Shown: in pieces, positions 28,640-40,697 of the stretch
Position numbering within the stretch: the first letter of the stretch is position 1
Layout of the letters: every line of letters starts with the position of its first letter
NCBI GenBank assembly: GCA_051439505.1
Contig: JBFRWI010000222.1
Coordinates: forward strand, 1 to 40,824
Origin: Hormoscilla sp.
GTDB lineage: Bacteria > Cyanobacteriota > Cyanobacteriia > Cyanobacteriales > Desertifilaceae
DNA length: 40,824 nt
Direction: 5' to 3'
Notes under the pieces: model-generated
What the model saw: only the letters and a program-made list of their open reading frames with translations
Told to the model about the DNA's origin: nothing
The model's database searches: none
Made by a program: the position numbers and the translations under genes

Positions 28640-28817
28640 ATCAAATTCCAACTCCGCAGATGCTATAATTTTCGGAGCAATTACTGCAATTTGCCCAGAG
28701 GCGATCGCAATATCGACGACATCGCCAGTCAGCAACCGACCTTGACGCAAGATAATGTCATCATATGTCTTTTCCATTCACAACTCTCCCAATACTTCTT
28801 TGTTAATAACAATAACA

Positions 28818-28980
28818 TGTCATTGCGAGGGGGGGAGCCCAAACCGACATCTTCCGGGATCGCCGCGCTTAATTCCCCCCGAAGCAATCTCATACCTTAT
28901 AGGGGAGGGGGAGATTGCTTCGGGGGGATTAATTCAATTGAGCATAAATTAATCGCTACATACCCCCCCTCGCAATGACA
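28818..28980. repeat. GTCATTGCGAG-type palindromic element
   Basis: TGTCATTGCGAGGGGGGG...CCCCCCCTCGCAATGACA outer stem; inner CCCCCCGAAGCAATCTC / GAGATTGCTTCGGGGGG stem. Confidence 0.85.
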
Positions 28981-29049
28981 AATGTCAACTGTCCTGCTTA
29001 AACGAAAAGTATTGACAACTATCCATTCACAATTTGCCATTCTCCATTC

Positions 29050-30546
29050 TCAATTCTCCATAATCCAATTTTTGGCCCGTTCCACAGCTTTTTGCCAGGT
29101 GATAAAATTAGTCTGGGCTAAATCTTGACCGTCACCGGGTTGAAAAATGCGATCGACTTGGCGATGAGCAATCAGTTGGGCATAATCTTTCCAGAAACCG
29201 ATGGCTAAACCAGCACCAAATGCCGCCCCTTGGGCCGTGGCATCCAGAATAGCGGGACGTTCGATACTCATGCCCAGCACATCTGCTTGAAACTGCATTA
29301 AAAAGTTATTTTTACAAGCTCCACCATCCACTTTTAATAAAGAGATGTTTTCTTCGCTATCTAAGTCGATCGCTTCCACAACTTCCTTCACTTGATAGGC
29401 GATCGCCTCCAATACTGCCCTCACCATATGTTCTCGGTTCACGCCGCCAGTAATTCCCAAAAAGGCCCCGCGAGCATTCATATCCCAATGGGGTACACCC
29501 AGTCCGCTTAAAGCAGGTACAAAATACAGGCCGTTATTCCCCGCTGCCTGAATTGCCAGGGCCTCGGTTTCCGCAGCATTCTCTATCAGTTGGAGACCGT
29601 CCCGCAACCATTGAATGCAGGCACCAGTGGTGAACATCGCACCTTCCATCCCATAGTTAACTGTATCGCCTTTCGTCCAGGCAACTGTTGACAGGAGTTT
29701 GTGCCGCGATCGCGCCAGTTCTTCTCCTGTCTGGGCCATCAAAAAGCAACCCGTGCCATAGGTGCATTTCAGCATTCCCGGGCGATCGCACCCATGGCCG
29801 AACAAGGCCGCCTGTTGGTCGCCAAATATAGCCGCGATGGGAACAGAAACTCCCAACCATTGGGGATCCGTTTCGGCAAAAACCCCCAGACTGGGCTGAA
29901 TTGCGGGCATGATTTGGGCCGGAATGCCGAATAAATCCAACAGTTGCGGATCCCAATGCAAACTTTCCAAATTCATCAACATCGTGCGACTGGCATTACT
30001 GTGGTCTGTAGCGTGAACACGTCCTCCCGTCAGCTTCCACAAGATCCAACTATCCACTGTTCCTGCCAGCAGGTTATCCCAATTAATTTGTTGCTGTTGT
30101 ATGTGGGAAAGCAACCACGCGAGTTTGGTCGCCGAAAAATAAGCATCCAGCACCAACCCCGTCCTCTGCTGAATTTCCGCCGCTTTACTGGATAACTCGC
30201 GACATCGGGGCGCAGTCCGTCGGTCCTGCCAGACGATCGCGCGATGCAATGGCAAACCGGTAGTGCGATCCCAAAGCAAGCAGGTTTCGCGCTGCACGGT
30301 CAGACCAATAGCAGCAATTTCCGAGGCCATCACCCCGGTTGAAGCCAAGACTTGCTGCATGCAAGCGCAAGTATCTTGCCAAATTTGCATCGGGTCATGC
30401 TCCAACCAACCAGCTTGGGGATAATATTGGGTTAATTCTTGATAAGCTTGACCGACTAAATCACCTTGAGCATCGAAGAGAATGGCCCGAGTCCCAGTGG
30501 TGCCCAGGTCTAGTGCCAGAATGTATCGAGGGGTAGAACTTTTCAC
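29050..30546 (-). CDS. glpK: Glycerol kinase
   Basis: LDLGTTGTR, QRET, IVWQDRRT, YFSATK, TDHSNASRT, GDQQAALFG, TYGTG, VDGGA. Confidence 0.96.
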   Translation of the reverse strand: MKSSTPRYILALDLGTTGTRAILFDAQGDLVGQAYQELTQYYPQAGWLEHDPMQIWQDTCACMQQVLASTGVMASEIAAIGLTVQRETCLLWDRTTGLPLHRAIVWQDRRTAPRCRELSSKAAEIQQRTGLVLDAYFSATKLAWLLSHIQQQQINWDNLLAGTVDSWILWKLTGGRVHATDHSNASRTMLMNLESLHWDPQLLDLFGIPAQIMPAIQPSLGVFAETDPQWLGVSVPIAAIFGDQQAALFGHGCDRPGMLKCTYGTGCFLMAQTGEELARSRHKLLSTVAWTKGDTVNYGMEGAMFTTGACIQWLRDGLQLIENAAETEALAIQAAGNNGLYFVPALSGLGVPHWDMNARGAFLGITGGVNREHMVRAVLEAIAYQVKEVVEAIDLDSEENISLLKVDGGACKNNFLMQFQADVLGMSIERPAILDATAQGAAFGAGLAIGFWKDYAQLIAHRQVDRIFQPGDGQDLAQTNFITWQKAVERAKNWIMEN

Positions 30547-30788
30547 AGTGAATATATCCTAAGTTTTTACTGTTAATTTCATGGTATAGCAGTTCTCAAA
30601 ATCTGGTAATACCATTTTGTAAAAAAACTGCTACAATCCCTTGGATATTATTATATTATTAGTTGGTTTCAACTCAGATCTTGCACCATTGTCAACTAAA
30701 GGCTCTGCCTCTAGAACTGGTTCCCAGGCGGGGCCTAGAAACCCGGGTAAAACGCGCATCTGATAATGCGTACAGTGGGTTTTAAGAG

Positions 30789-30925
30789 AGCAAACACGGA
30801 ACTGAGTTATCCGATATTCTCAAGATGCGGGATGCTTTCGCCATAGCATGACCGGTGGTGCCATAGACCCACGGGCGATCGCCTGTCCGGAGGTGAAACC
30901 GGTTTCTTCGTTAAACCTAGGGTGA
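30789..30925 (+). repeat. Direct repeat, copy 1 (copy 2 at about 31934-32070)
   Basis: AACTGAGTTATCCGATATTCTCAAGATGCGGGATGCTTTCGCCATAGCA identical in both; similarity continues through HIP1 into the GAAACC..GGTTTC unit. Confidence 0.85.
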
Positions 30926-30930
30926 CGAGC

Positions 30931-31056
30931 AGAGGTTTTACACCCCAACTGAGAGGTTTTAAACCCCGACCGAGAGGTGTAAAACCTCAACCGAGAGGTT
31001 TCCGACCTCAACCGAGAGGTTTCCGACCCCAACGGAGAGGTTTGAAACCTCAACCG
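30931..31056 (+). repeat. Six tandem 21-bp units
   Basis: AGAGGTTTnnnACCyCAACCG consensus at 30931, 30952, 30973, 30994, 31015 and 31036. Confidence 0.9.
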
Positions 31057-31126
31057 TGGTGTACCGGTTAGCAGCTAGGTAGGTGCCGGTTGAGGTAAAA
31101 GTACCCTCCCCAGGACAGGTGCGGTC

Positions 31127-31338
31127 ATCGCGCACCCCAGGGACCAGAAACCGGGTTTCTTAGTTAAACCCTGGGTAAAGACGCCTTGGATATCGTAGAA
31201 ACCCGGTTTCTTGCCATCACCGGTGAAGAGGGCGATCGCGCACCCCAGGGACCAGAAACCGGGTTTCTTAGTTAAACCCTGGGTAAAGACGCCTTGGATA
31301 TCGTAGAAACCCGGTTTCTTACCATCACCGATGAAGAG
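31127..31338 (+). repeat. Two tandem 104-bp AGAAACCGGGTTTCT / AGAAACCCGGTTTCT elements (108-bp period)
   Basis: 31127-31230 vs 31235-31338, two mismatches; third partial copy at 32013-32096. Confidence 0.9.
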
Positions 31339-31342
31339 TTGG

Positions 31343-31855
31343 TTACAGTCCCAACTGTTGCCTCAAGGCTTCGGGTAGTATCGCTGTCTCCAACCCGCGA
31401 ACATTCTCCCACTTCGTATCGGCATCCCATCGGATATCTCTTCCATTTTCATCACTGAGAACTGCGCCACTGAGAACTGCGCCACTGAGGTCTGCGCCAC
31501 TGAGGTCTGCGCCACTGAGGTCTGCATCACTGAGGTCTGCACCACTGAGGTCTGCACCACTGAGGTCTACACCACTGAGCTTTGCGCCACTGAGAACTAC
31601 GCCACTGAGAACTGTGCCACTGAGGTCTACGGTACTTCGGCGCAGACCTTTGATGAGTGCGTCATCGGTTGGGGGCGTCTTCTTAATGGAAGTTTCCTCC
31701 TCTACCTCAGCCTCTTCCCAAGGCGAATTATAACGCTTCCAGGGTTGAAGAATTCGAGTATTTGGCAGCTTGTCTGTCAGGGTCGTAATATTCGATCGGT
31801 CCGCCTTGCCTTCTAATCGTTTCCCGGAACTGGTAATAAATACTTTTCGTTTCAT
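31343..31855 (-). CDS. Pentapeptide-repeat protein (possibly a remnant of a larger protein)
   Basis: About twelve 15-bp tandem units encoding (A/V)(D/V)LSG at 31453-31630; C-terminal IRWDADTKWENVRGLETA cap; start set at MKRKVF because the upstream extension is repeat DNA. Confidence 0.65.
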   Translation of the reverse strand: MKRKVFITSSGKRLEGKADRSNITTLTDKLPNTRILQPWKRYNSPWEEAEVEEETSIKKTPPTDDALIKGLRRSTVDLSGTVLSGVVLSGAKLSGVDLSGADLSGADLSDADLSGADLSGADLSGAVLSGAVLSDENGRDIRWDADTKWENVRGLETAILPEALRQQLGL

Positions 31856-32108
31856 AGTTTTAGCTTGTCCTATCTTAACTGCAAAAATGAGAGGCACCCT
31901 GGTTGTTTCAGTTCTGGCATGGGGAGTTGGGAAAGCAAACACTCCAACTGAGTTATCCGATATTCTCAAGATGCGGGATGCTTTCGCCATAGCAGGACCG
32001 GTGCCATCCCGGGGCGATCGCCCACCCCAGGGACCAGAAACCCGGGTTTCTTAGTTAAACCCTGGGTAAAGACGGGGTGTGGTCACCGGTGAAGAGAGCG
32101 ATCGCCCA

Positions 32109-32678
32109 TCAACTCTGGAAAGGAAACTCAGCACGGACATGCCAGCGTTTGCCATCGTGAACCAGCAGCGTCAGGTTAGGAGGTGTAAACTGAAAGTGTA
32201 GTTGCCGATGCTCGAATTCCGGCCAGGCCGCTTTGAAATTTTGCCGCGTCAAATCTCTAAAAGCGACAGTCATGTGAGGCGCGAAGGGGCGACTCTTCTT
32301 TGGGTCTACAATTGCTAAAGATGCTTCCGTGTGAGCGATTAACTGTTTCTGCAACCACATCAGTTCCGGCGTCTTGAGCACGTTAACATAGATGACCTTG
32401 GGCTTAAAGGCGCCAAACCCCTCCAGAGTTACTGGCACTGGCGGGCGATCGGCTGCAAAATCCCTCAAGCAGTCTTGCAAGACCTCTTTATTGTCTCTTA
32501 TCCATCTAAAGGGCGGTTGCAGGGTAACGTGGGGCGGCGAATTGAAGGCTTTGCTACTGGCGTAGCGATCGGCAAAATACTGCTTGATCTGATTGACCTC
32601 ATCCTGGATGGACTGGGGTGGTACCAGAGCAACAAAGAATAATCGCTGTTCTGATTTATCCATAGGTCTATCCACCAT
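32109..32678 (-). CDS. 2'-5' RNA ligase / 2H phosphoesterase family protein
   Basis: Two HxT motifs (PPHVTL, APHMTV); start may be 32663. Confidence 0.9.
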   Translation of the reverse strand: MVDRPMDKSEQRLFFVALVPPQSIQDEVNQIKQYFADRYASSKAFNSPPHVTLQPPFRWIRDNKEVLQDCLRDFAADRPPVPVTLEGFGAFKPKVIYVNVLKTPELMWLQKQLIAHTEASLAIVDPKKSRPFAPHMTVAFRDLTRQNFKAAWPEFEHRQLHFQFTPPNLTLLVHDGKRWHVRAEFPFQS

Positions 32679-32772
32679 CTCCTAGGTTTTTGCGGTGATA
32701 TAAGACATTATGTATTATGATAGATTAAAAGTAGCAGCTCAATTCAACTAGAGGATTAGGGGAAGCAAGCAA

Positions 32773-33039
32773 ATGCCCTGGTTTGCCAAAATAGAAGCTG
32801 GCATCGTGGACAAAGCCACCTTTGACAAATACGTACCTGCTCACAAAGCCTACGTTCAAGATCTGATCGCCAAAGGACACAAGGCCCGTAGCGGCTATTG
32901 GAAGCGGCGGGGAGGCGGGATGTTACTATTTGAAGCAGCTTCGCACGATGAAGCAGAAGCAATTGTGTCTAAAGACCCGCTGATCGAAAATGGTTGCGTC
33001 AAATATGAACTTTACGAATGGTGCTTGATAGCCGAATAA
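32773..33039 (+). CDS. YciI family protein
   Basis: VPAHKAYV, GGGMLLFEA, DPL. Confidence 0.85.
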   Translation: MPWFAKIEAGIVDKATFDKYVPAHKAYVQDLIAKGHKARSGYWKRRGGGMLLFEAASHDEAEAIVSKDPLIENGCVKYELYEWCLIAE

Positions 33040-33079
33040 TCTTGGTCGGAGGGCGATCGCCGCCCACCATCAATTGAGA

Positions 33080-33100
33080 GTAGGGTGGGCACCGCCCACC
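33080..33100 (+). repeat. GTAG-type REP
   Basis: GTAGGGTGGGCACCGCCCACC; half copy CGCCCACCATC at 33061. Confidence 0.65.
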
Positions 33101-33143
33101 ATCGGGTGCAAAGCCCGATCGCATATAAGGAGAAAAGAGTAAG

Positions 33144-33614
33144 ATGTCTAAAGAAAGTAAAGGTTACAAAATCGTCGCTGACAATCGACAAGCCCGTTAT
33201 CTGTACGAAATTCTGGATACTTACGAAGCAGGGATAGAATTGAAGGGAACGGAGGTGAAGTCAATTCGGGAAGGAAAGGCCAACCTCCGGGATGGATATG
33301 CCTTAATTCGAGATGGTGAAGCCTGGTTGCTGAACGTGCATATCTCGCCCCACCATACCACGAGTGAGTATTTTAATCACGACCCCCGCCGGACTCGGAA
33401 ATTGCTCTTGCATCGGGAAGAAATCCGCAAGCTGATTGGTAAAGTGGAACAAAAAGGTTTAACCTTGGTGCCTTTGAAAATGTATCTGAAAGATAGCTGG
33501 GTGAAAATTAGCATCGGTTTGGGTAAAGGAAAGAAACTGCATGATAAGCGCGAAGATATCAAGCAGCGGGATGATAAGCGCCAGATGGAACGGGCGATGA
33601 AAAATTATTCGTAG
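33144..33614 (+). CDS. smpB: SsrA-binding protein
   Basis: NRQARYLYEILDTYEAGIELKGTEVKSIR, RTRKLLLH, GKKLHDKR. Confidence 0.97.
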   Translation: MSKESKGYKIVADNRQARYLYEILDTYEAGIELKGTEVKSIREGKANLRDGYALIRDGEAWLLNVHISPHHTTSEYFNHDPRRTRKLLLHREEIRKLIGKVEQKGLTLVPLKMYLKDSWVKISIGLGKGKKLHDKREDIKQRDDKRQMERAMKNYS

Positions 33615-33641
33615 AGTCCGCGCGATCGCCCCTCTATCGCT

Positions 33642-34973
33642 CTATGTAAGGGGAAGGGCGATCGCGAACTCGGTCCCTTTTCCTAATGCGGAAGTACAGG
33701 TTAACTTGCCACCATGTTTTTCTTGGACAATTTGACAACTGATAGACAACCCCAAGCCCGTCCCTTTGCCTACAGGTTTCGTGGTGAATAAATGCTCGAA
33801 CACCTTCTGTTTAATTTCATCAGGAATTCCTAAACCATTGTCTGAGATGATAATGACAACAGTATCATCTCCCTCCAATTCAGTGCGGATAATAATTGTA
33901 TGGGGATTAACTTCTAGTTCTGCAACAGAACGCTTGGCTTCATCAATGGCATCAATAGCATTAGCAAGGAGATTCATAAACACTTGGTTTATTTGTCCGG
34001 CATAGCAGGATATTGGCGGGATATCGCCATATTTTTTAACCACTTTGATCTCGGGACGTTTAGGATTTGCTTTTAACCGATGTTGCAAAATCAACAGGGT
34101 GCTATCTATCCCCTCATGGATGTTGAATTGCACTTTCTTAGTGCTATCCGATCGGGAAAAAGTCCGTAAGCTAGTGCTAATATGTCGGATGCGATCGGTT
34201 CCCAGTTTCATGGACTCGATCAGTTTGGGCAGGTCTTCTCGCAGATACTCTAGTTCAATCTCCTCGATCTTTTCCTCTATTTCCGATCCGGGATTGGCAA
34301 ATTTATTCTGATATAGATCCAACAGTTCCAGCAAGTCTTGGACATATCCCGAGGTGTGGCTGATATTGCCGGAAATGAAGCTCACTGGATTGTTAATTTC
34401 GTGGGCTATACCTGCAACCAACTGACCCAGGGCGGACATTTTTTCACTCTGAACCAACTGCAACTGAGTCTGTTGTAGCTTTTGTAGAGATTGGGAAAGT
34501 TCAGCCGTGCGATCGGCCACCCTTGCCTCTAAATCTTCTGTTAAATTCTTTAGTAGCACATTTTGCGCTGCTAGGGTCTCGGTCAAGTTTCGCAGTTTCA
34601 GATGTACCCTGATGCGGGCTAGCACCTCCTCTTGCTGAAAGGGCTTGGTAATGTAATCTACTGCTCCCAAGTTGAGACCTTTAACCTTGTCTACCGTGTC
34701 AGAAAGAGCCGTCATGAAAATTACCGGAATCTCCTGGGTTGCTGGATTTTCTTTTAGCCTTTGGCAAGTTTCAAATCCGTCAATTCCCGGCATCATTACA
34801 TCCAATAATATCAATGCGGGTGGGTTATATTTGACCATTTTTAGCGCCCGATCGCCATTAGTTGCCACCGCTACCTTATATCCAGCATTCGTCAAGGCAT
34901 CTGATAGCACTGACAAATTTGCCGGGATATCATCTACAATTAAAATCGGTTTAATTTCTGGCTGCTGTGTCAT
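33642..34973 (-). CDS. Hybrid response regulator-histidine kinase (REC-HisKA-HATPase, NtrB-like)
   Basis: ILIVDD, LLDVMMP, KPF; AHEINNP; NLLANAID, DNGLG, GTGLGL. Confidence 0.93.
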   Translation of the reverse strand: MTQQPEIKPILIVDDIPANLSVLSDALTNAGYKVAVATNGDRALKMVKYNPPALILLDVMMPGIDGFETCQRLKENPATQEIPVIFMTALSDTVDKVKGLNLGAVDYITKPFQQEEVLARIRVHLKLRNLTETLAAQNVLLKNLTEDLEARVADRTAELSQSLQKLQQTQLQLVQSEKMSALGQLVAGIAHEINNPVSFISGNISHTSGYVQDLLELLDLYQNKFANPGSEIEEKIEEIELEYLREDLPKLIESMKLGTDRIRHISTSLRTFSRSDSTKKVQFNIHEGIDSTLLILQHRLKANPKRPEIKVVKKYGDIPPISCYAGQINQVFMNLLANAIDAIDEAKRSVAELEVNPHTIIIRTELEGDDTVVIIISDNGLGIPDEIKQKVFEHLFTTKPVGKGTGLGLSISCQIVQEKHGGKLTCTSALGKGTEFAIALPLT

Positions 34974-34990
34974 CTCTTTATGCTTCCTGT

Positions 34991-37447
<2,457 letters not shown>

Positions 37448-37590
37448 CTTTTTATCAACCTTTTTCCTCTTCTCATCTTAACTTAATTTGCCCTTCATTG
37501 TTGGTTAATTTTTGTGAAGGTTTTTCCTCCCTGAGTAGGATTGACAAAGTTGTCAAGATGAAGTAGCAAGTAATTCTCCTCACTTAAGGT

Positions 37591-38967
37591 TTAGTTGTCA
37601 TCGGTCTGGGGTGGTGGCAGATAGTAACTGGCGATCGCGGCTACGGTCAGCCACCAGAGAGTATTGACTTGGGGGCGATACCAGATCGTATCGACGGCGC
37701 CGTGAGCCATCATGCCTAGCATAGTGGCGATCGCCCCCATCAACCAAAAGCCCTGGGGACTTCCCAACTGTCTCAGACGCTGCAACTGTATCCAACCTTG
37801 GTTAAAGGTGACAACTAACAGCCACAAGAAGGCAGTTAAACCAATTAAACCCATTTCTACTGCTATTTCTAGCAAGACGGAATAGGCACTCAAGGCGGTA
37901 TAGCGCGGACGTTGGAACAGGGGATAGATCTTGTTAAAAGCATTATTGCCAGGGCCAATACCCAGGAAAGGACGGGCTTTAATCATATCGATCGCCGCCG
38001 CCCAAACATTCAGGCGGAAATTATTACTGCTGTCGTTGCGACCGGCAAAGATACTCAAAACCCGATCGCGCACGGGTGCCACAAACATCACGGCGAAAAT
38101 GAATAATCCCGCCAAAGTCCCTAGGGCGATCGGGAGGGATAACTTGCGCCAAACAGGGGGCAGATGGATGCTGAACCAGTAAACTAAGAATAGTCCGAAA
38201 GCCGTAATGGCGACGACAAAACCAATCCAACCGCCCCGACTGAAGGTAAATACCAGACAGAGGGAGGTGCAAATAAATATGGTCAGGGCCAAAGCTTTAC
38301 ATATAGGACCGCGCCAGACTCCTATAGCTGCTAGACTAAAGATCACAGCAGGCAGCAGATAGCCAGCTAGCAAATTGGGATTGCCCAGGTAACTGTAAAC
38401 TCTGGTAGCATTAGCAGAAGCTGAGGTCGGATCGGTCCAGGTAGCCAGCGCCTCGGCACCGAAAAACCATTGCCGCAAACCGTAGACGCTGACAATGAGG
38501 GCCACGTGTAAATAAAGCCCGATCGCCCAAGAACGGATACGGGGCGATCGGAACAACCGGGCCCCCAAAGCAAACAGTAGCAAATAGAGGGTAAGCTTCA
38601 CCCAACCCGTAAAAGCGGCTGCCTTTACAGGTGATAACGCCATCGCAATAGTGGCGATCGCCCAGTAAAGCAAAACCAGCAAATGAATTGGAGAGAATAT
38701 CTGCCCCTGGGGACGATCGGATAGAGTCAGCAGCACCCAAAAGCCGCCACCAGCAATCAATAGCAAGCCGATCAAGGAATTGGGCACAAAAGGAGCCAAT
38801 ACCAAGACCAAACTCACCAATTCAACTCCAATCAGATCCGCCCATTGCATCAAGTAACTACCCTGACGCCAAGCCTTGAGCATACCCACCAACCGATACA
38901 AATAGCTGCCATAATGCCATCGATACAGTTGCAGCCCCGACATGGTAAAATTTTGCCACACTCTCAT
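37591..38967 (-). CDS. ictB: IctB family membrane protein (O-antigen ligase-like)
   Basis: RVYSYLGNPNLLAGYL, TFSRGGW, DSSNNFRLNVW, GIGPGN, DTIWYRP; ATG overlaps the upstream stop (ATGA). Confidence 0.92.
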   Translation of the reverse strand: MRVWQNFTMSGLQLYRWHYGSYLYRLVGMLKAWRQGSYLMQWADLIGVELVSLVLVLAPFVPNSLIGLLLIAGGGFWVLLTLSDRPQGQIFSPIHLLVLLYWAIATIAMALSPVKAAAFTGWVKLTLYLLLFALGARLFRSPRIRSWAIGLYLHVALIVSVYGLRQWFFGAEALATWTDPTSASANATRVYSYLGNPNLLAGYLLPAVIFSLAAIGVWRGPICKALALTIFICTSLCLVFTFSRGGWIGFVVAITAFGLFLVYWFSIHLPPVWRKLSLPIALGTLAGLFIFAVMFVAPVRDRVLSIFAGRNDSSNNFRLNVWAAAIDMIKARPFLGIGPGNNAFNKIYPLFQRPRYTALSAYSVLLEIAVEMGLIGLTAFLWLLVVTFNQGWIQLQRLRQLGSPQGFWLMGAIATMLGMMAHGAVDTIWYRPQVNTLWWLTVAAIASYYLPPPQTDDN

Positions 38968-40634
38968 TTGTCCTCCCGTTTCGTCCCTTTGGGCAAGCTT
39001 ACCACATATCGATAGCCCGAAGACTCCGAACCTTGAATCGAGAACTGTCCGCCATGGATCCGCACCAATTCGCGGCACAGCAGTATCTTCAGACTCTCAC
39101 TAGCACCACTAACTTGAGACTTTTCTAAATCCTCTGGTTCTGGGGCCCTAGTACCATTATCTAATTCACCAATCTGTCCGTTAGATGCCAAACTGCTGTC
39201 GCCCATATCCAGCTGTTCGCCTTTTACAGAACCAACTGGTAGTGCATTCAATTCCCGAAATTTTGAAGTGGAGTCGATCGCAACTGGGGACTCAGTCTTT
39301 CCAGCGGGGTCAAGTTCTTTATCGGCGAGACCTTCTGCATTCCGCTCCACCCAAACCGCAATATTGAGGGCATTTTTCTTCCCAGAAGCATGCAGGCGGA
39401 TGAGACTCGCTTCGGGGGCTGAGGAGATCGCATTTGACACCAATTGATACATGATTTGACGCACCACTAAACTATCGATGCGCCAGGTCCGATTTTTCGG
39501 CTCTACAGATAAGCGAATTTTCTGCGATCGCTCTTGGGCCAGCACTGAAAGGCGATCGCTCACCTGTTGACAGAGGATTTCCATATCCACAGCAGTCAGT
39601 TGGAGTTGTTGAATGCTCTTGTCAATGCTGTCCAATTCCACAATTTCGTTAACTAGCCACATTAACTGTTCGCCACTATGGTGAATGATTTGCAGGTATT
39701 TCTTTTGCTTGTCAGTTAACGGTCCATAAGTTTCCCGCAGCAAAACGCTAGCCATCCCCTTCACCGATGTTAGTGGCGTCCGCAACTCCTGGACCAGTTT
39801 ACCCTGAATTGCTTCCTTAATGCGATCGGTCGTTACTTGATTGACATTCTGAGGAGTAAAGGCGATCGGAATCTTTTCCCAACTTCTGTTATTAGTTATA
39901 ACTGACTGTTCCCGGTCAGTTTCTTCTGTGTCAGTTTCTCCAGCAGTTTTTTCTGTATCAGTTTCTGTGTCAGTTTCGCTGCCAGTTTCTCCAGCAGTTT
40001 TTTCTGTATCAGTTTCTGTGTCAGTTTCGCTGCCAGTTTCGCTGCCAGTTTCGCCTTCCCGGTCAGCCAGTTGCGGAGATCGTCGAAGGAGATCGCGCTC
40101 AAATTCGCTCATACTCCAGCGGGCCGTGATTTCCAGATACCGAACTTCCTTAGAGGTAAAAGTCCTCGGCACCAGGTCCATCACCGCCAGACTACCCAGA
40201 CACAGTCCATCAAAGGAGAATAGAGGCACGCCCAAATAGGCACGAATGCCGTAATGCTGATATAGTATACTTTCGCTCAAGGTAGGCTCGGTAGCAATAT
40301 CAGCGATCGCCAGGGGCTGACCGCTATCGGTGACATAGCTGCATAAAGAATCGCGGCGGGAAAGCTTGCGGGAAGCTGCCAGTTGATTCATCAGACCTAA
40401 ACGGGACAAACCCACGGCGGCCTTAAACCGTTGTTCGTCTTGTATCATAAAGCTCAGGATGCAGATAGGTACATCCAGGTAGTAGGTAGCTGTCTGAGTA
40501 GCTTCCTCGAACACGGGCACAGCCTGGGCTGATAATAAACCCAATTGGGTTAAAGCCGCCAAGCGCTGTGAATCTCGCTCTTGAGTCGTCAAACCATCCA
40601 GACGACAAAATAATTTGTGATTGGAGTCTATCAT
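38964..40634 (-). CDS. GAF-domain histidine-kinase-like protein lacking the phospho-acceptor His
   Basis: GAF (IRAYLGVPL...GSLAVMDLVPR); H-box reads LVQELRTPL; G boxes not recognisable. Start set at MIDSNHK because the upstream extension runs into omega-RNA. Confidence 0.88.
   Translation of the reverse strand: MIDSNHKLFCRLDGLTTQERDSQRLAALTQLGLLSAQAVPVFEEATQTATYYLDVPICILSFMIQDEQRFKAAVGLSRLGLMNQLAASRKLSRRDSLCSYVTDSGQPLAIADIATEPTLSESILYQHYGIRAYLGVPLFSFDGLCLGSLAVMDLVPRTFTSKEVRYLEITARWSMSEFERDLLRRSPQLADREGETGSETGSETDTETDTEKTAGETGSETDTETDTEKTAGETDTEETDREQSVITNNRSWEKIPIAFTPQNVNQVTTDRIKEAIQGKLVQELRTPLTSVKGMASVLLRETYGPLTDKQKKYLQIIHHSGEQLMWLVNEIVELDSIDKSIQQLQLTAVDMEILCQQVSDRLSVLAQERSQKIRLSVEPKNRTWRIDSLVVRQIMYQLVSNAISSAPEASLIRLHASGKKNALNIAVWVERNAEGLADKELDPAGKTESPVAIDSTSKFRELNALPVGSVKGEQLDMGDSSLASNGQIGELDNGTRAPEPEDLEKSQVSGASESLKILLCRELVRIHGGQFSIQGSESSGYRYVVSLPKGTKREDK
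39909..40066 (-). repeat. In-frame 12/15-bp tandem repeats including an exact 51-bp duplication
   Basis: Encodes ETGSETDTETDTEKTAG x2; bounded by TTCCCGGTCAG direct repeats. Confidence 0.85.
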
Positions 40635-40697
40635 TGACACGCACCTCGGGGATGAGTGATAATATGCTAAAGGCGGAATCTCAATATCTGCACGTTG

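Noticed and set aside
30931..31056. Possible CRISPR array
   Set aside because: The 21-bp units are contiguous with no unique spacers, and no cas genes are present.
31127..31338. Possible CRISPR or regularly spaced ncRNA array
   Set aside because: The intervening sequences are duplicated too, so this is a simple tandem duplication of a dispersed repeat.
33144..33640. tmRNA (ssrA) or integrated element next to smpB
   Set aside because: No tmRNA ends, integrase or att-like duplication visible.
37541..37556. Palindrome TTGACAAAGTTGTCAA upstream of the hybrid kinase
   Set aside because: Could be an operator but also matches the locally common TGTCAA heptamer repeats; no independent support.
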